A DNA stretch of 59,256 nucleotides from a virus (lineage: Duplodnaviria; Caudoviricetes): positions 1 through 59,256 of IMG/VR virus record IMGVR_UViG_3300028025_001698; one strand, given 5' to 3'. The notes beneath the pieces are model-generated. The model ran no database searches. It saw only the letters and a program-made list of their open reading frames with translations, and was not told the origin of the DNA. Shown here one piece after another: positions 37,102 to 45,180 of this stretch. The position numbers were made by a program, and so were the translations under genes. Every line of letters starts with the position of its first letter. Positions within the stretch are counted from its first letter, which is position 1.

Positions 37102-39357
37102 TTACATTATTGGGTTTTCACCAGCAGCCGCAGGACCAGCCTGTGGTTGTGGGGGTTGACTACCTTGAGGCGCACTTGCATCGTTATGCGAGTCAGCATC
37201 AATGAAAGACTTAGCCATTGCAAGGAGTTCTTTAATATCAGGCTTAGGAGGCATTTCAACCCCTTCTTTAGCCGCCTGAATATATAGCTTACCCCACTCT
37301 TGATAACTCTTATCCAACGCAACCATAAGTTGTTTGGTGTTATCTTGCATGGCATTTTTAGCTTGTACATTAGTGAGGTCAAGGGTTGCTTGCCTCTGTG
37401 CTATGTCAATCATTTTAACTTGTTCTTCAAGTTGTTTCTGCTTTTCACCAGCCTGCATCTCACCTTCTCTTGACTTCATAGCCTGTTCAATGAACTTAGG
37501 GTCTGTATAATCAACAAGGTAGTCTAAAGGATCAAGATCCATAGACTCAAGAGCTTTGCATGCAATAGTTACTGCAGCTTGTGGACTTACAGCTCCACCA
37601 GCTCCTGCTTGTTGCAGTGCTGGAATAATCTGTTGTCCAATTACATTCATCTTTTTCATGATATTGCTGTTACTGTTTTCACCAACATCAACATCAACAT
37701 AAAGCATCAAGTTACTTGGCAATGTACCAGGATCGACTGTCTTAAACAGATCATTTTGATCATAGTAACCAACTTCTTGACCACGGAGTTTATCCCGCAT
37801 TGTCTTGTAGATACCTTCACACAGACGTTTAAAGCCTGTTTCAGCAAACCTACGTGCCATAAACTGGATACGTACTTGTGCTGCAGACATAGCTCTCTGC
37901 ATCTTTTCTTCTGAATTACCAGAAACATAGAGTGTATCATTCAAACCCTGAGCAGCCTTAGACAAACCTGTAGCCTGTTCTTTGTGCATTTGTAATAGCT
38001 CAAGAATAGGTACTGTACCTGTACTGATAGTATCAGGTGTCATTGAAGCAACCGCATTGTTAGGGTTACCATTGGTAGCAATAATCTGCTTAGGCTTCAT
38101 GTTCTGTAGCGCACTGAAGTCTACAACGTTAGGATCAGCAAGCTTAGGTGAGTAGTTAGTTAAGTAGACATTCTCAATAAATCCACGCATGATAGCTGTT
38201 GAGGCTAATGTCATGGGTCGAATCATATCTGCTACTGACAAACCAAAGAATTCATGTGGTACTTCAAAGGGACAAAGAGTCGCCAATGGAATCATATCAC
38301 AGTCTTCTTCAAGAAGAATTGTTGAACCAGCAATAATAAAATGCTTTAGTTCAGCAATACCGTCACCATCACGGTCTACACGTAACCAACACTCAATAAC
38401 AGTGAGTTGTCGATTAGCTTCTGACGGGAATAGCTCCCGTGAATTTCCCCCAAGCCAGTACTCTTCACCAACTAGACGCTTACGAGCAGCCTGCTCTTCG
38501 GTGTACTTGGTAGCCCAATCATAGCTACCGTCTCCAATGGCGTCCCAGTCAATATTCTCTGCTATGTCAGGGAAAAACTTTCTAACTTCAGATCGAGTCA
38601 TGTCAATCTGGATACCCACAAATGCCGCATCATCAAGTGAGTGCGCATCCCGTGTAATACGGAAACATTCTGGGTGTACATTCTTAATTAAAATTCTTGT
38701 CTTGTTCTTTTTCTTTTTAAGGCGAACATCCTTGTATACCATTTTGTATACAGCATTACCTTCTTCATCGGTGTCTAACTCTTGATCATATTTAAGATCT
38801 CCGATAATTTCTGTGTCATCTTCTGATAACAAGAGATCAAGGTTTTCTTGACTGATAGAATCAAACTCTTCAAATTTATAATCAAAGTCTTCAATATATT
38901 CCCATCTAACAATACTATTTTTCCATAACAAGGCAGACTTAACCCATGTATTTAGGACTTCCCAACCAGGATTCTGCTTAAAGATTCCATAGTTAACAAG
39001 GTCAGAAGCTACTTTAGCTTCATGGAAAGCCTTAGGAGAACTTCCTGCCGGAATAAACCTTGCGATCTTATTGTTGTTAAACATAAGTTCAGCAAGAATA
39101 GCTGTATAACCCTCGATAGCCTCTACAGTGTCTGAAGAGACAATCTGTGAAGCACCCTGAGGAGTCAGGTGAAATTGCGGCATCATGCCGTATTCATAGG
39201 TAGCCTTCTGACGTTCACGAGCTAAGTCGGAACTATTCAAGAAGTCACCAACAGAGTTCATTACACCCTGTTCGATCATAGCTAGGAGTTCATTATCTCC
39301 TACTGGATCTTTATATCTATCCACAAAGCGGATGATATCTCTACTTGTATCACTCAT
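37102..39357 (-). CDS. Portal protein (P22-like)
   Basis: About 750 aa after terL; VSSDTVEAIE, ECWLRVDRDGDGIAEL, PHEFFGLSVAD, ARRFAETG. Start set at 39357 from the GAAAGG RBS. Confidence 0.9.
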   Translation of the reverse strand: MSDTSRDIIRFVDRYKDPVGDNELLAMIEQGVMNSVGDFLNSSDLARERQKATYEYGMMPQFHLTPQGASQIVSSDTVEAIEGYTAILAELMFNNNKIARFIPAGSSPKAFHEAKVASDLVNYGIFKQNPGWEVLNTWVKSALLWKNSIVRWEYIEDFDYKFEEFDSISQENLDLLLSEDDTEIIGDLKYDQELDTDEEGNAVYKMVYKDVRLKKKKNKTRILIKNVHPECFRITRDAHSLDDAAFVGIQIDMTRSEVRKFFPDIAENIDWDAIGDGSYDWATKYTEEQAARKRLVGEEYWLGGNSRELFPSEANRQLTVIECWLRVDRDGDGIAELKHFIIAGSTILLEEDCDMIPLATLCPFEVPHEFFGLSVADMIRPMTLASTAIMRGFIENVYLTNYSPKLADPNVVDFSALQNMKPKQIIATNGNPNNAVASMTPDTISTGTVPILELLQMHKEQATGLSKAAQGLNDTLYVSGNSEEKMQRAMSAAQVRIQFMARRFAETGFKRLCEGIYKTMRDKLRGQEVGYYDQNDLFKTVDPGTLPSNLMLYVDVDVGENSNSNIMKKMNVIGQQIIPALQQAGAGGAVSPQAAVTIACKALESMDLDPLDYLVDYTDPKFIEQAMKSREGEMQAGEKQKQLEEQVKMIDIAQRQATLDLTNVQAKNAMQDNTKQLMVALDKSYQEWGKLYIQAAKEGVEMPPKPDIKELLAMAKSFIDADSHNDASAPQGSQPPQPQAGPAAAGENPIM

Positions 39358-39514
39358 TGTAAACCTTTCTGGGTTGTACATTCAATCAATCAAAGTCTAC
39401 AACAAGACTTGTATGTGCTACTAATTCTTTAATCACCCTGCTAGTAGCCAACAAAGTAGAAGTTACCTTCTCTTAGGACACAAGGACTAACTCTTAATGA
39501 TAGTATAACTATCG

Positions 39515-39661
39515 TTATCCTTTTCGGGGATTAAAATCTTTGGGGATTTTATTACCGATTTTTTCCTGTGGATTTAAAAGCTTACCAGCCTGTTTAGGCT
39601 TGATCATACTTTTAAATTGTTCTTTTTCTTTCCCTGTTAGGGGTACATTCATTTGTGCCAT
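39515..39661 (-). CDS. Small basic hypothetical protein
   Basis: 48 aa starting MAQMNVPL, just after the upstream stop. Confidence 0.55.
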   Translation of the reverse strand: MAQMNVPLTGKEKEQFKSMIKPKQAGKLLNPQEKIGNKIPKDFNPRKG

Positions 39662-39665
39662 ATAT

Positions 39666-39929
39666 TTACCATTTAACCTTATTAGCCCAGTATGCCGCAG
39701 ACAATGGTCCTTTGGCAATATTAGATGCATGACGAGCTTTAAAAGCTTCATTACGTTTGGAACCGTCAGGACTACCTACAGCACCCTGAGCACCAAAGTG
39801 AATAGTCTTAACTTTATCACCAACTTTAGCTACAACAACGTGACTCTTAGTTTTGTGATTAGGTGTTCTCTTAGGTTTATTATAACCAGAGACACCAGCT
39901 CTCTCTAGTCTTGAATCTTTTTCAGCCAT
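39666..39929 (-). CDS. Small basic protein (DUF5754-like)
   Basis: KTIHFG...FKARH...SAAYWA..VKW. Confidence 0.75.
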   Translation of the reverse strand: MAEKDSRLERAGVSGYNKPKRTPNHKTKSHVVVAKVGDKVKTIHFGAQGAVGSPDGSKRNEAFKARHASNIAKGPLSAAYWANKVKW

Positions 39930-39930
39930 A

Positions 39931-40086
39931 CTATTTCCCCTTCTTAGCAGTCTTAGCAGACTCTTTAAAGCTTTTATCTGTAGGCGCACCTTTAGTACCT
40001 ACCTTACGCATCTTCTCTCCGGAACCTTCAGCTATTCGTTTTCGTTTAGCATGGATATTGTCATATAATCCTTGTTTAGTTGCCAT
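39931..40086 (-). CDS. Small basic protein, 51 aa (not in ORF track)
   Basis: MATKQGLYDNIHAKRKRIAEGSGEKMRKVGTKGAPTDKSFKESAKTAKKGK; GGAG RBS; fills the gap after terL. Confidence 0.75.
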   Translation of the reverse strand: MATKQGLYDNIHAKRKRIAEGSGEKMRKVGTKGAPTDKSFKESAKTAKKGK

Positions 40087-40095
40087 AATATTCTC

Positions 40096-41736
40096 CTAAA
40101 TCCATGTTGTTTCTATTTGCTGAAAGTTACCCATACGCTGTGAAAAGGGTACTGTTGTGTTTGTTAATCTGTCTCCATGTGTCCTGATAACCTCAAGAGC
40201 AATAGCTAAGGCAATAACTGTATCATCATTCTGACCTATGATAGCATTTGTCTTTCCAGACTCATCTGCTACATAATTCATCAATTCACCAATAATAACC
40301 CTAGAAGGTATCCATATATCTTCTTGTTCAATAGCATTCTTTAAGAATCCAATGATAGCTGGCTTAGAAGCTGATGTTGTTCTCCAGCCAATTCTACTAC
40401 CCTCTTCTTTGGATACATTTGCCATCTTAGTCTGATAGTACATATTCATGTAACCCATTTGAGTTAACCTGTTTAATGTTGCTATACCCATAGAGTTAGA
40501 CTCTACTGCTAACAAAGCATTATTGTAGTACCTACCTAGATAAAATAATAAATCACCAAACTGACTAGGATCAATCGTATTACTGCGATAAACTGCGCAC
40601 ACTTCCCTCTGGGCATTAATGACCACTGCTGTAGAATAATCCTTGCCAACACCCAGAGCAACGTCAGCACCGATAGCAAAGGCATCTTCAAAAGTAGGAT
40701 ACTTAAATATCTCGATAGACCCATCTCTTAAATCCTCCATCATAGAGGATTCAAAGTTAAACTCTCTCTTGGCTAATATTGGTTGAGGTATAAGTTTACT
40801 TAACTTCTCAATGTTAAATACATTAGAGCCAGAAACAATAAATGCTTCTTCAGGTGTCGCAGGGTATTCTTGTCTGAACTTATTCTCACCACCCTCTGCA
40901 ATCTTTAACCTTCTCCAGTATAATTGGTCATCACTAAGGTTGTACCTAGTAACTAATACTTCTTCTTCTGTTGTTCTCTCAAATCCTTCAGGGACTTTCC
41001 TCTGGTACTCCGTCATCAGGTACCATGGAACAAAGATAGCGATATAGTCATTCTCACCTTTTACAGCTCCCTGCCATAACCTGTGAAATGAATTACCCAC
41101 ACCATTAGCAGTACTCTCAAGGATTACTTCGGTACCTTCCGCTTGGGAGATTCCCTGAAACAATCCTGCTAGGATCTTTTCATCATGCCCCCAAAAGGCT
41201 ACCTCTGAAAGGTGAGCAATCGTAGGAGTCGTTCCCCTACCAGCCTCAGGAGCACCAGCCGTATATAACCGATATCCTGAATCATTATGCTCAAACATAA
41301 TCTCTTTTGCATTTGATTTCTTTAACACTGGTCTGAATGTATCAGACATGTTATAGATAGTATTCCTGGACATACTAAATAATGCATCACTAGTAGCCGC
41401 ATCATGCGCCATAACTACTGACTTATTATAAGCATTAAAGTAACTCTTCCAGAATACCCTACCTGTCGTGTATGTACTTAAACCCATCTGTCGAGCTTTT
41501 AAAATAATGGCTCTGACTCTCCCCGTCTCTTTTAATTGTTTATCAAGAGCTTCATTTACAATCTTCTGAGCTTCATTAAACTCGAAAAATTGGAATCCCT
41601 TGGAGGAGTCCTTGGGTAAGATTTTAATTTGTTCTTTGGCGAATAACTCAAAGTTATTCTTGTATGAAGCTAATTTTTCTCGCTTCTTTAATTCCCTCAG
41701 AGCCTCTAGCTTATCAGAATTGTTTTGTGTGGTCAT
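40096..41736 (-). CDS. terL: Terminase large subunit
   Basis: ILKARQMGLST Walker A, HLSEVAFW Walker B, ESTANG, IGADVA...DYS nuclease motif, DDTVIA. Confidence 0.95.
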   Translation of the reverse strand: MTTQNNSDKLEALRELKKREKLASYKNNFELFAKEQIKILPKDSSKGFQFFEFNEAQKIVNEALDKQLKETGRVRAIILKARQMGLSTYTTGRVFWKSYFNAYNKSVVMAHDAATSDALFSMSRNTIYNMSDTFRPVLKKSNAKEIMFEHNDSGYRLYTAGAPEAGRGTTPTIAHLSEVAFWGHDEKILAGLFQGISQAEGTEVILESTANGVGNSFHRLWQGAVKGENDYIAIFVPWYLMTEYQRKVPEGFERTTEEEVLVTRYNLSDDQLYWRRLKIAEGGENKFRQEYPATPEEAFIVSGSNVFNIEKLSKLIPQPILAKREFNFESSMMEDLRDGSIEIFKYPTFEDAFAIGADVALGVGKDYSTAVVINAQREVCAVYRSNTIDPSQFGDLLFYLGRYYNNALLAVESNSMGIATLNRLTQMGYMNMYYQTKMANVSKEEGSRIGWRTTSASKPAIIGFLKNAIEQEDIWIPSRVIIGELMNYVADESGKTNAIIGQNDDTVIALAIALEVIRTHGDRLTNTTVPFSQRMGNFQQIETTWI

Positions 41737-41763
41737 AAATTTGTATGTAATAAAAAGGTTTCT

Positions 41764-41779
41764 CTATTATGTACCGACT
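41764..41779 (-). promoter_or_regulatory. Phage RNAP promoter candidate AGTCGGTACaTAATAG heading the structural arm
   Basis: 15/16 match, 27 nt upstream of terL. Confidence 0.8.
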
Positions 41780-41840
41780 AACCTATTGATTTACTTATAA
41801 AAATAATTCTGATATTTTTTGGAAATGTAATCTTTTGTAT

Positions 41841-41912
41841 ACGTCTTTGGGGTACCCCTACTTTTATATATGGGATGTCGCTGGGGAATGTCGTGGGTAG
41901 ATGTCTTTGTGT
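41841..41912 (-). repeat. Four short imperfect repeats (CC/AC-x-A-x-x-GACAT type)
   Basis: ATGTC at 41875, 41888 and 41901 (13-nt period), plus ACGTCTTTGGGGT at 41841. Confidence 0.55.
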
Positions 41913-41964
41913 GTGTTTAAAAGAATCAATGTTTGTTTATGTGTACCCTAGCTGGGTTTGTATG

Positions 41965-42200
41965 CCCCCCTAGTTTCTCTCTGTTGTTTCGGTGCGTTGC
42001 GCTGCCCGTCTCAGCTTCCTTTGTCTGCGCTGCTTGGAGCTATCATGCCTTCTGTTGTTGCTGGTTTTCTTGTTTTCTTTTCTTGCCTTGGTCTATTGAC
42101 TTGTTGTGCTGCTGCTTTGCTAGGTGCTCCCCTGTTTCCTTTGTACCTTGCTTTGTTTACCTTTGTTGGGACATTAGTCTGGGCTATTGTTTCTTCTATC
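41965..42200. other. Non-coding A-depleted tract, probable genome terminus region
   Basis: 9 A in 198 nt (41973-42170) on the + strand; lies between the divergent arms. Confidence 0.6.
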
Positions 42201-42280
42201 TGAGGTTTAGATCTCTGCCACATACTTGCGGGTATGTGAGAGCGATCTTGCTCTGTATGTCATAGCTCAAGGAGATTAAT

Positions 42281-42472
42281 ATGACTAAGTTAATGCACAT
42301 TGTTCTTATATTCTTGTGGTCACATCTAATGTTGTGGTGTGTTGATAAGATACAGTATGAAGTTATGTATGGATGGATGCATGTCATCGGTCTTATCATT
42401 TCAGGTGTAGTAGCAGGGATTCAGTTCGCTATTCTTATTATTGAAATCAACGAAGCAACAGAAGAGGCTTAA
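42281..42472 (+). CDS. First early gene, small membrane protein
   Basis: AAGGAG RBS; two hydrophobic helices. Confidence 0.7.
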   Translation: MTKLMHIVLIFLWSHLMLWCVDKIQYEVMYGWMHVIGLIISGVVAGIQFAILIIEINEATEEA

Positions 42473-42473
42473 T

Positions 42474-42587
42474 ATGTACTTAGTATACTGTAACAAGACA
42501 AACAAATTAATTGACAGAGTATTGTCAGCTAAAGATTTAATCAAATATAAATCAGAAGATGTAACAGTTCACATCGTTCACATCTAA
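42474..42587 (+). CDS. Small early protein, 37 aa (not in ORF track)
   Basis: MYLVYCNKTNK...; GAGG RBS. Confidence 0.5.
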   Translation: MYLVYCNKTNKLIDRVLSAKDLIKYKSEDVTVHIVHI

Positions 42588-42669
42588 TCACAGCTCTTCT
42601 CGGGCTTACGGAGAGACCACTTGGGGTAAGTACCAAGATTTCATTAACAGTCATTACCAAAGGAATAAT

Positions 42670-42954
42670 ATGACTATCTTAACATTCGGATTTGCCACTA
42701 AAGGCGACACAACAACTGCTTCATTCACAATGGAGTCATCTACATTGATGGCAGTCTATACAGACTCATCAAACAGATACCTGTATGCAGTAGATAGTAA
42801 CGATATTGTTCGTAAACTGTCTATTACTCGTGATGTTGAACACGCACGTAAGCAGTATAAGGTCGCTCGTAGCTTAATCGGCAAACAAGTTAAGTTCGGT
42901 GTAACCTCAGGATGGTCTTCATCTAACTGGTTCAATGAAATCGTAGAAGCTTAA
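42670..42954 (+). CDS. Early hypothetical protein
   Basis: AAGGA RBS, 94 aa. Confidence 0.75.
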   Translation: MTILTFGFATKGDTTTASFTMESSTLMAVYTDSSNRYLYAVDSNDIVRKLSITRDVEHARKQYKVARSLIGKQVKFGVTSGWSSSNWFNEIVEA

Positions 42955-42964
42955 GGAGAAACCT

Positions 42965-43216
42965 ATGAAAGCACGTTATTTACTCTTAAACCCACTCAAG
43001 GCAAGAGACTTTGGGTGTACAACAGAAGAAGTCGTAGAGTCAGTACATGAATTCGGCTGTAAAGTAGTCATGTCACCAGACACAACAGGAGAAACACTGC
43101 TGTATGCGGTGTCAGACAACAGAAGTGTGCTGGAAAACATGGTAAATGAGGTAGAACTCAATGGCATCATCATAGAATACACAGCAATCTATGATCAAAT
43201 ACTGGAAGGACAGTAA
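42965..43216 (+). CDS. Early hypothetical protein
   Basis: AAGGAG RBS, 83 aa. Confidence 0.75.
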   Translation: MKARYLLLNPLKARDFGCTTEEVVESVHEFGCKVVMSPDTTGETLLYAVSDNRSVLENMVNEVELNGIIIEYTAIYDQILEGQ

Positions 43217-43217
43217 A

Positions 43218-43427
43218 ATGGCATACCTAAGACAGTCCTATGGTAGATATTACCTAGATATGTCACCTGAAGAGCTAAATGCACTAGTAGACGTCATGGA
43301 TGAACTACCTTCTATGACAAAAATAGAGACAGGCATACACTACCAGATAACAAAACACAGGGAATACATACAACAGGAGGAGAAATGGCACAGACAGATA
43401 GATATTGACAGGGGGATTGTAACCTAA
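43218..43427 (+). CDS. Early hypothetical protein
   Basis: ATG 43218 after AAGGA RBS. Confidence 0.65.
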   Translation: MAYLRQSYGRYYLDMSPEELNALVDVMDELPSMTKIETGIHYQITKHREYIQQEEKWHRQIDIDRGIVT

Positions 43428-43431
43428 AGAC

Positions 43432-43478
43432 ATTCTCTCAGGACATTTCGCTGTGAAAAAGGCGAGACCTGAGGGAAT
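43432..43478 (+). other. Long interrupted stem-loop (RNase III-like site or regulatory hairpin)
   Basis: ATTCTCTCAGG...CCTGAGGGAAT outer stem with inner TCGC/GCGA stem. Confidence 0.5.
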
Positions 43479-43567
43479 TCTTGAAGGATTTTCGTGTGTA
43501 GAAAACCTGAACGTTGTTTTTAAACGTTTTTTGTCACTTTTTGAGCTTTTTAAACAAAGGAGTCTAA

Positions 43568-43735
43568 ATGTACAAACACCTGTACTTTGTAAAATGTGAA
43601 GAATGTCTTATTGAATACAACTCAGAAGACGTTAATATATTAAAAATAACCCACACCGCTTTAGGTCATAAAATTGCAGAATTCGTCTGCACACTCTGCC
43701 AAGAAACAACTGAATCACTAGTAACTGAGGTATAA
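43568..43735 (+). CDS. Small zinc-ribbon protein, 55 aa (not in ORF track)
   Basis: CEEC...CTLC; AAGGAG RBS. Confidence 0.7.
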   Translation: MYKHLYFVKCEECLIEYNSEDVNILKITHTALGHKIAEFVCTLCQETTESLVTEV

Positions 43736-43736
43736 C

Positions 43737-43958
43737 ATGAAGACCATAACCAGACGACATAAACCAATCGCCTTCCAGCCATTCGAGTTAACGATGTCCA
43801 TAGAAACCCAAGAACAGTTCTATGATATGATGTCGCTATTCTCATTCTACACCAACCTAGCAGACGTCACCAATACAAACAACCCAGACGTACATAAACG
43901 TATGACTCACATATGTATGTCTATCTATGACGCACTTGAAGCAGAGGATCAGTACTAA
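43737..43958 (+). CDS. Early hypothetical protein
   Basis: GAGGT RBS. Confidence 0.7.
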   Translation: MKTITRRHKPIAFQPFELTMSIETQEQFYDMMSLFSFYTNLADVTNTNNPDVHKRMTHICMSIYDALEAEDQY

Positions 43959-43959
43959 T

Positions 43960-44169
43960 ATGCAAATCTCCAAACAAACCCAAGTTGAATACACAATCGT
44001 CATGTCTGAAGAAGACGCATTAGTACTTTTGAACGGCTTAGGCAAGCTTGACTACCATGAGCTATCCAGACTAACAGACAACCTTGAATTTGGCTCTGTG
44101 ATGCATAAACTATATGACGTCCTTGTAAGTAAGATCAAACGAGGTTCAATCCTTAAAGATGAATCGTAA
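43960..44169 (+). CDS. Early hypothetical protein
   Basis: ATG 43960 right after the upstream stop. Confidence 0.6.
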   Translation: MQISKQTQVEYTIVMSEEDALVLLNGLGKLDYHELSRLTDNLEFGSVMHKLYDVLVSKIKRGSILKDES

Positions 44170-44344
44170 AAGAAAGATCATGTCCATGTCAAATGCAAGA
44201 GAAATCTATGACGACCTTATCCTGAGAATCAAATCAAAGGTAAAGTCTGAAATATCCGTAGTCTTTGATGATACAACAGGTATCCAAAAGGCATTCCTTA
44301 AAGGCAAACTATTGTGGGTCAAAAAAGTGAGGTTAGATAAATGA
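44159..44344 (+). CDS. Early hypothetical protein
   Basis: Coupled ORF. Confidence 0.55.
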   Translation: MNRKRKIMSMSNAREIYDDLILRIKSKVKSEISVVFDDTTGIQKAFLKGKLLWVKKVRLDK

Positions 44345-44556
44345 AACTGCAAGAACTATTAAATCCTCGTTGGATATGTGTTGATGAACACTTTTGTACT
44401 GAGTTTGGTGAAACTGTAGCTGACTGTATTGAAAGATACAAAAAGTCTATGGATGAAGGTGTTGATGTATCTAAACTGACCTTCTACACACTTGAAACAC
44501 CGTATGTAGTTGAAGTATTTTACGCACTAAAGGAGAAAAACCCAATAGAATCATAA
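44341..44556 (+). CDS. Early hypothetical protein
   Basis: ATGA overlap; GAGG RBS. Confidence 0.65.
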   Translation: MKLQELLNPRWICVDEHFCTEFGETVADCIERYKKSMDEGVDVSKLTFYTLETPYVVEVFYALKEKNPIES

Positions 44557-44564
44557 ACTTATTT

Positions 44565-44580
44565 AGCTGGAACCTAATAG
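44565..44580 (+). promoter_or_regulatory. Phage RNAP promoter variant AGctGGaACCTAATAG
   Basis: 13/16 match; points into an AT-rich non-coding tract. Confidence 0.55.
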
Positions 44581-44691
44581 GATACTGTCCCTTAAATGGT
44601 TATTAATATATTTATTAAAAGTATATTATTAAGAGTAAATAAAAAAGAGAACATCAATAGGTAATATACCTAAAGACATTCTCTTAATTAC

Positions 44692-45081
44692 TTACTTATC
44701 AAGACCTTCTTCTGAGATAATTCTCTGAAGTTCTTCATCTGAGAGGTCTGCTGTACGTGTAGTAGTAGTCTGATCAATCCTCTGTAGTTTAGGTTGTTCA
44801 TACTCTGCTACCATGTTAGCATACCTAGCAGCATCTTCGAAGTTATCTTGTTGAAGTGCTTGATGCATAGCCATTCTTAGGACATCGAGTGAAGATAGTT
44901 GAGGTAAGTCTTTCATTACTTCTTGAAAGTTCTTAGCATTCAACTTAAATTCTTCTCTGATCTGCTTATTCAACATTCTTGACTGAGTAGCTTTCTTCTG
45001 ATTCTCTCGAGCTGTCTCTGAAGTAATTAGCTTTAGGTTAGCAAGAGAGTTAATGTTACGGGTTTTACCACCTGATGACAT
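44692..45081 (-). CDS. terS: Putative terminase small subunit
   Basis: NSLANLK...ARE..KK, EYEQPKL, DLSDEEL pattern. Has its own late-type promoter, and no other TerS candidate sits next to terL. Confidence 0.6.
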   Translation of the reverse strand: MSSGGKTRNINSLANLKLITSETARENQKKATQSRMLNKQIREEFKLNAKNFQEVMKDLPQLSSLDVLRMAMHQALQQDNFEDAARYANMVAEYEQPKLQRIDQTTTTRTADLSDEELQRIISEEGLDK

Positions 45082-45112
45082 TCCATTCTCCTTATTGTTT
45101 CTGATAAATTAT

Positions 45113-45128
45113 CTATTAGGAACCGACT
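45113..45128 (-). promoter_or_regulatory. Phage RNAP promoter candidate AGTCGGTtCCTAATAG
   Basis: 15/16 match, 31 nt upstream of the terS candidate. Confidence 0.78.
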
Positions 45129-45180
45129 AGCGAGAAGTATACTTGAAACATAAATTAAACGTAAATCCATAGGAAATATC

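Noticed and set aside
41933-42265. ORFs 41933-42265, 41958-42203 and 42011-42223 in the terminal region
   Set aside because: Artefacts of the A-poor composition, which removes stop codons. Aberrant Cys/Phe/Leu or Lys/Arg content and no RBS.
42096-43430. Canonical sigma70 promoters at TTGACT 42096 and TTGACA 42511 and 43405
   Set aside because: No convincing -10 hexamer at 16-18 nt spacing. The latter two are kept only as an unexplained motif.
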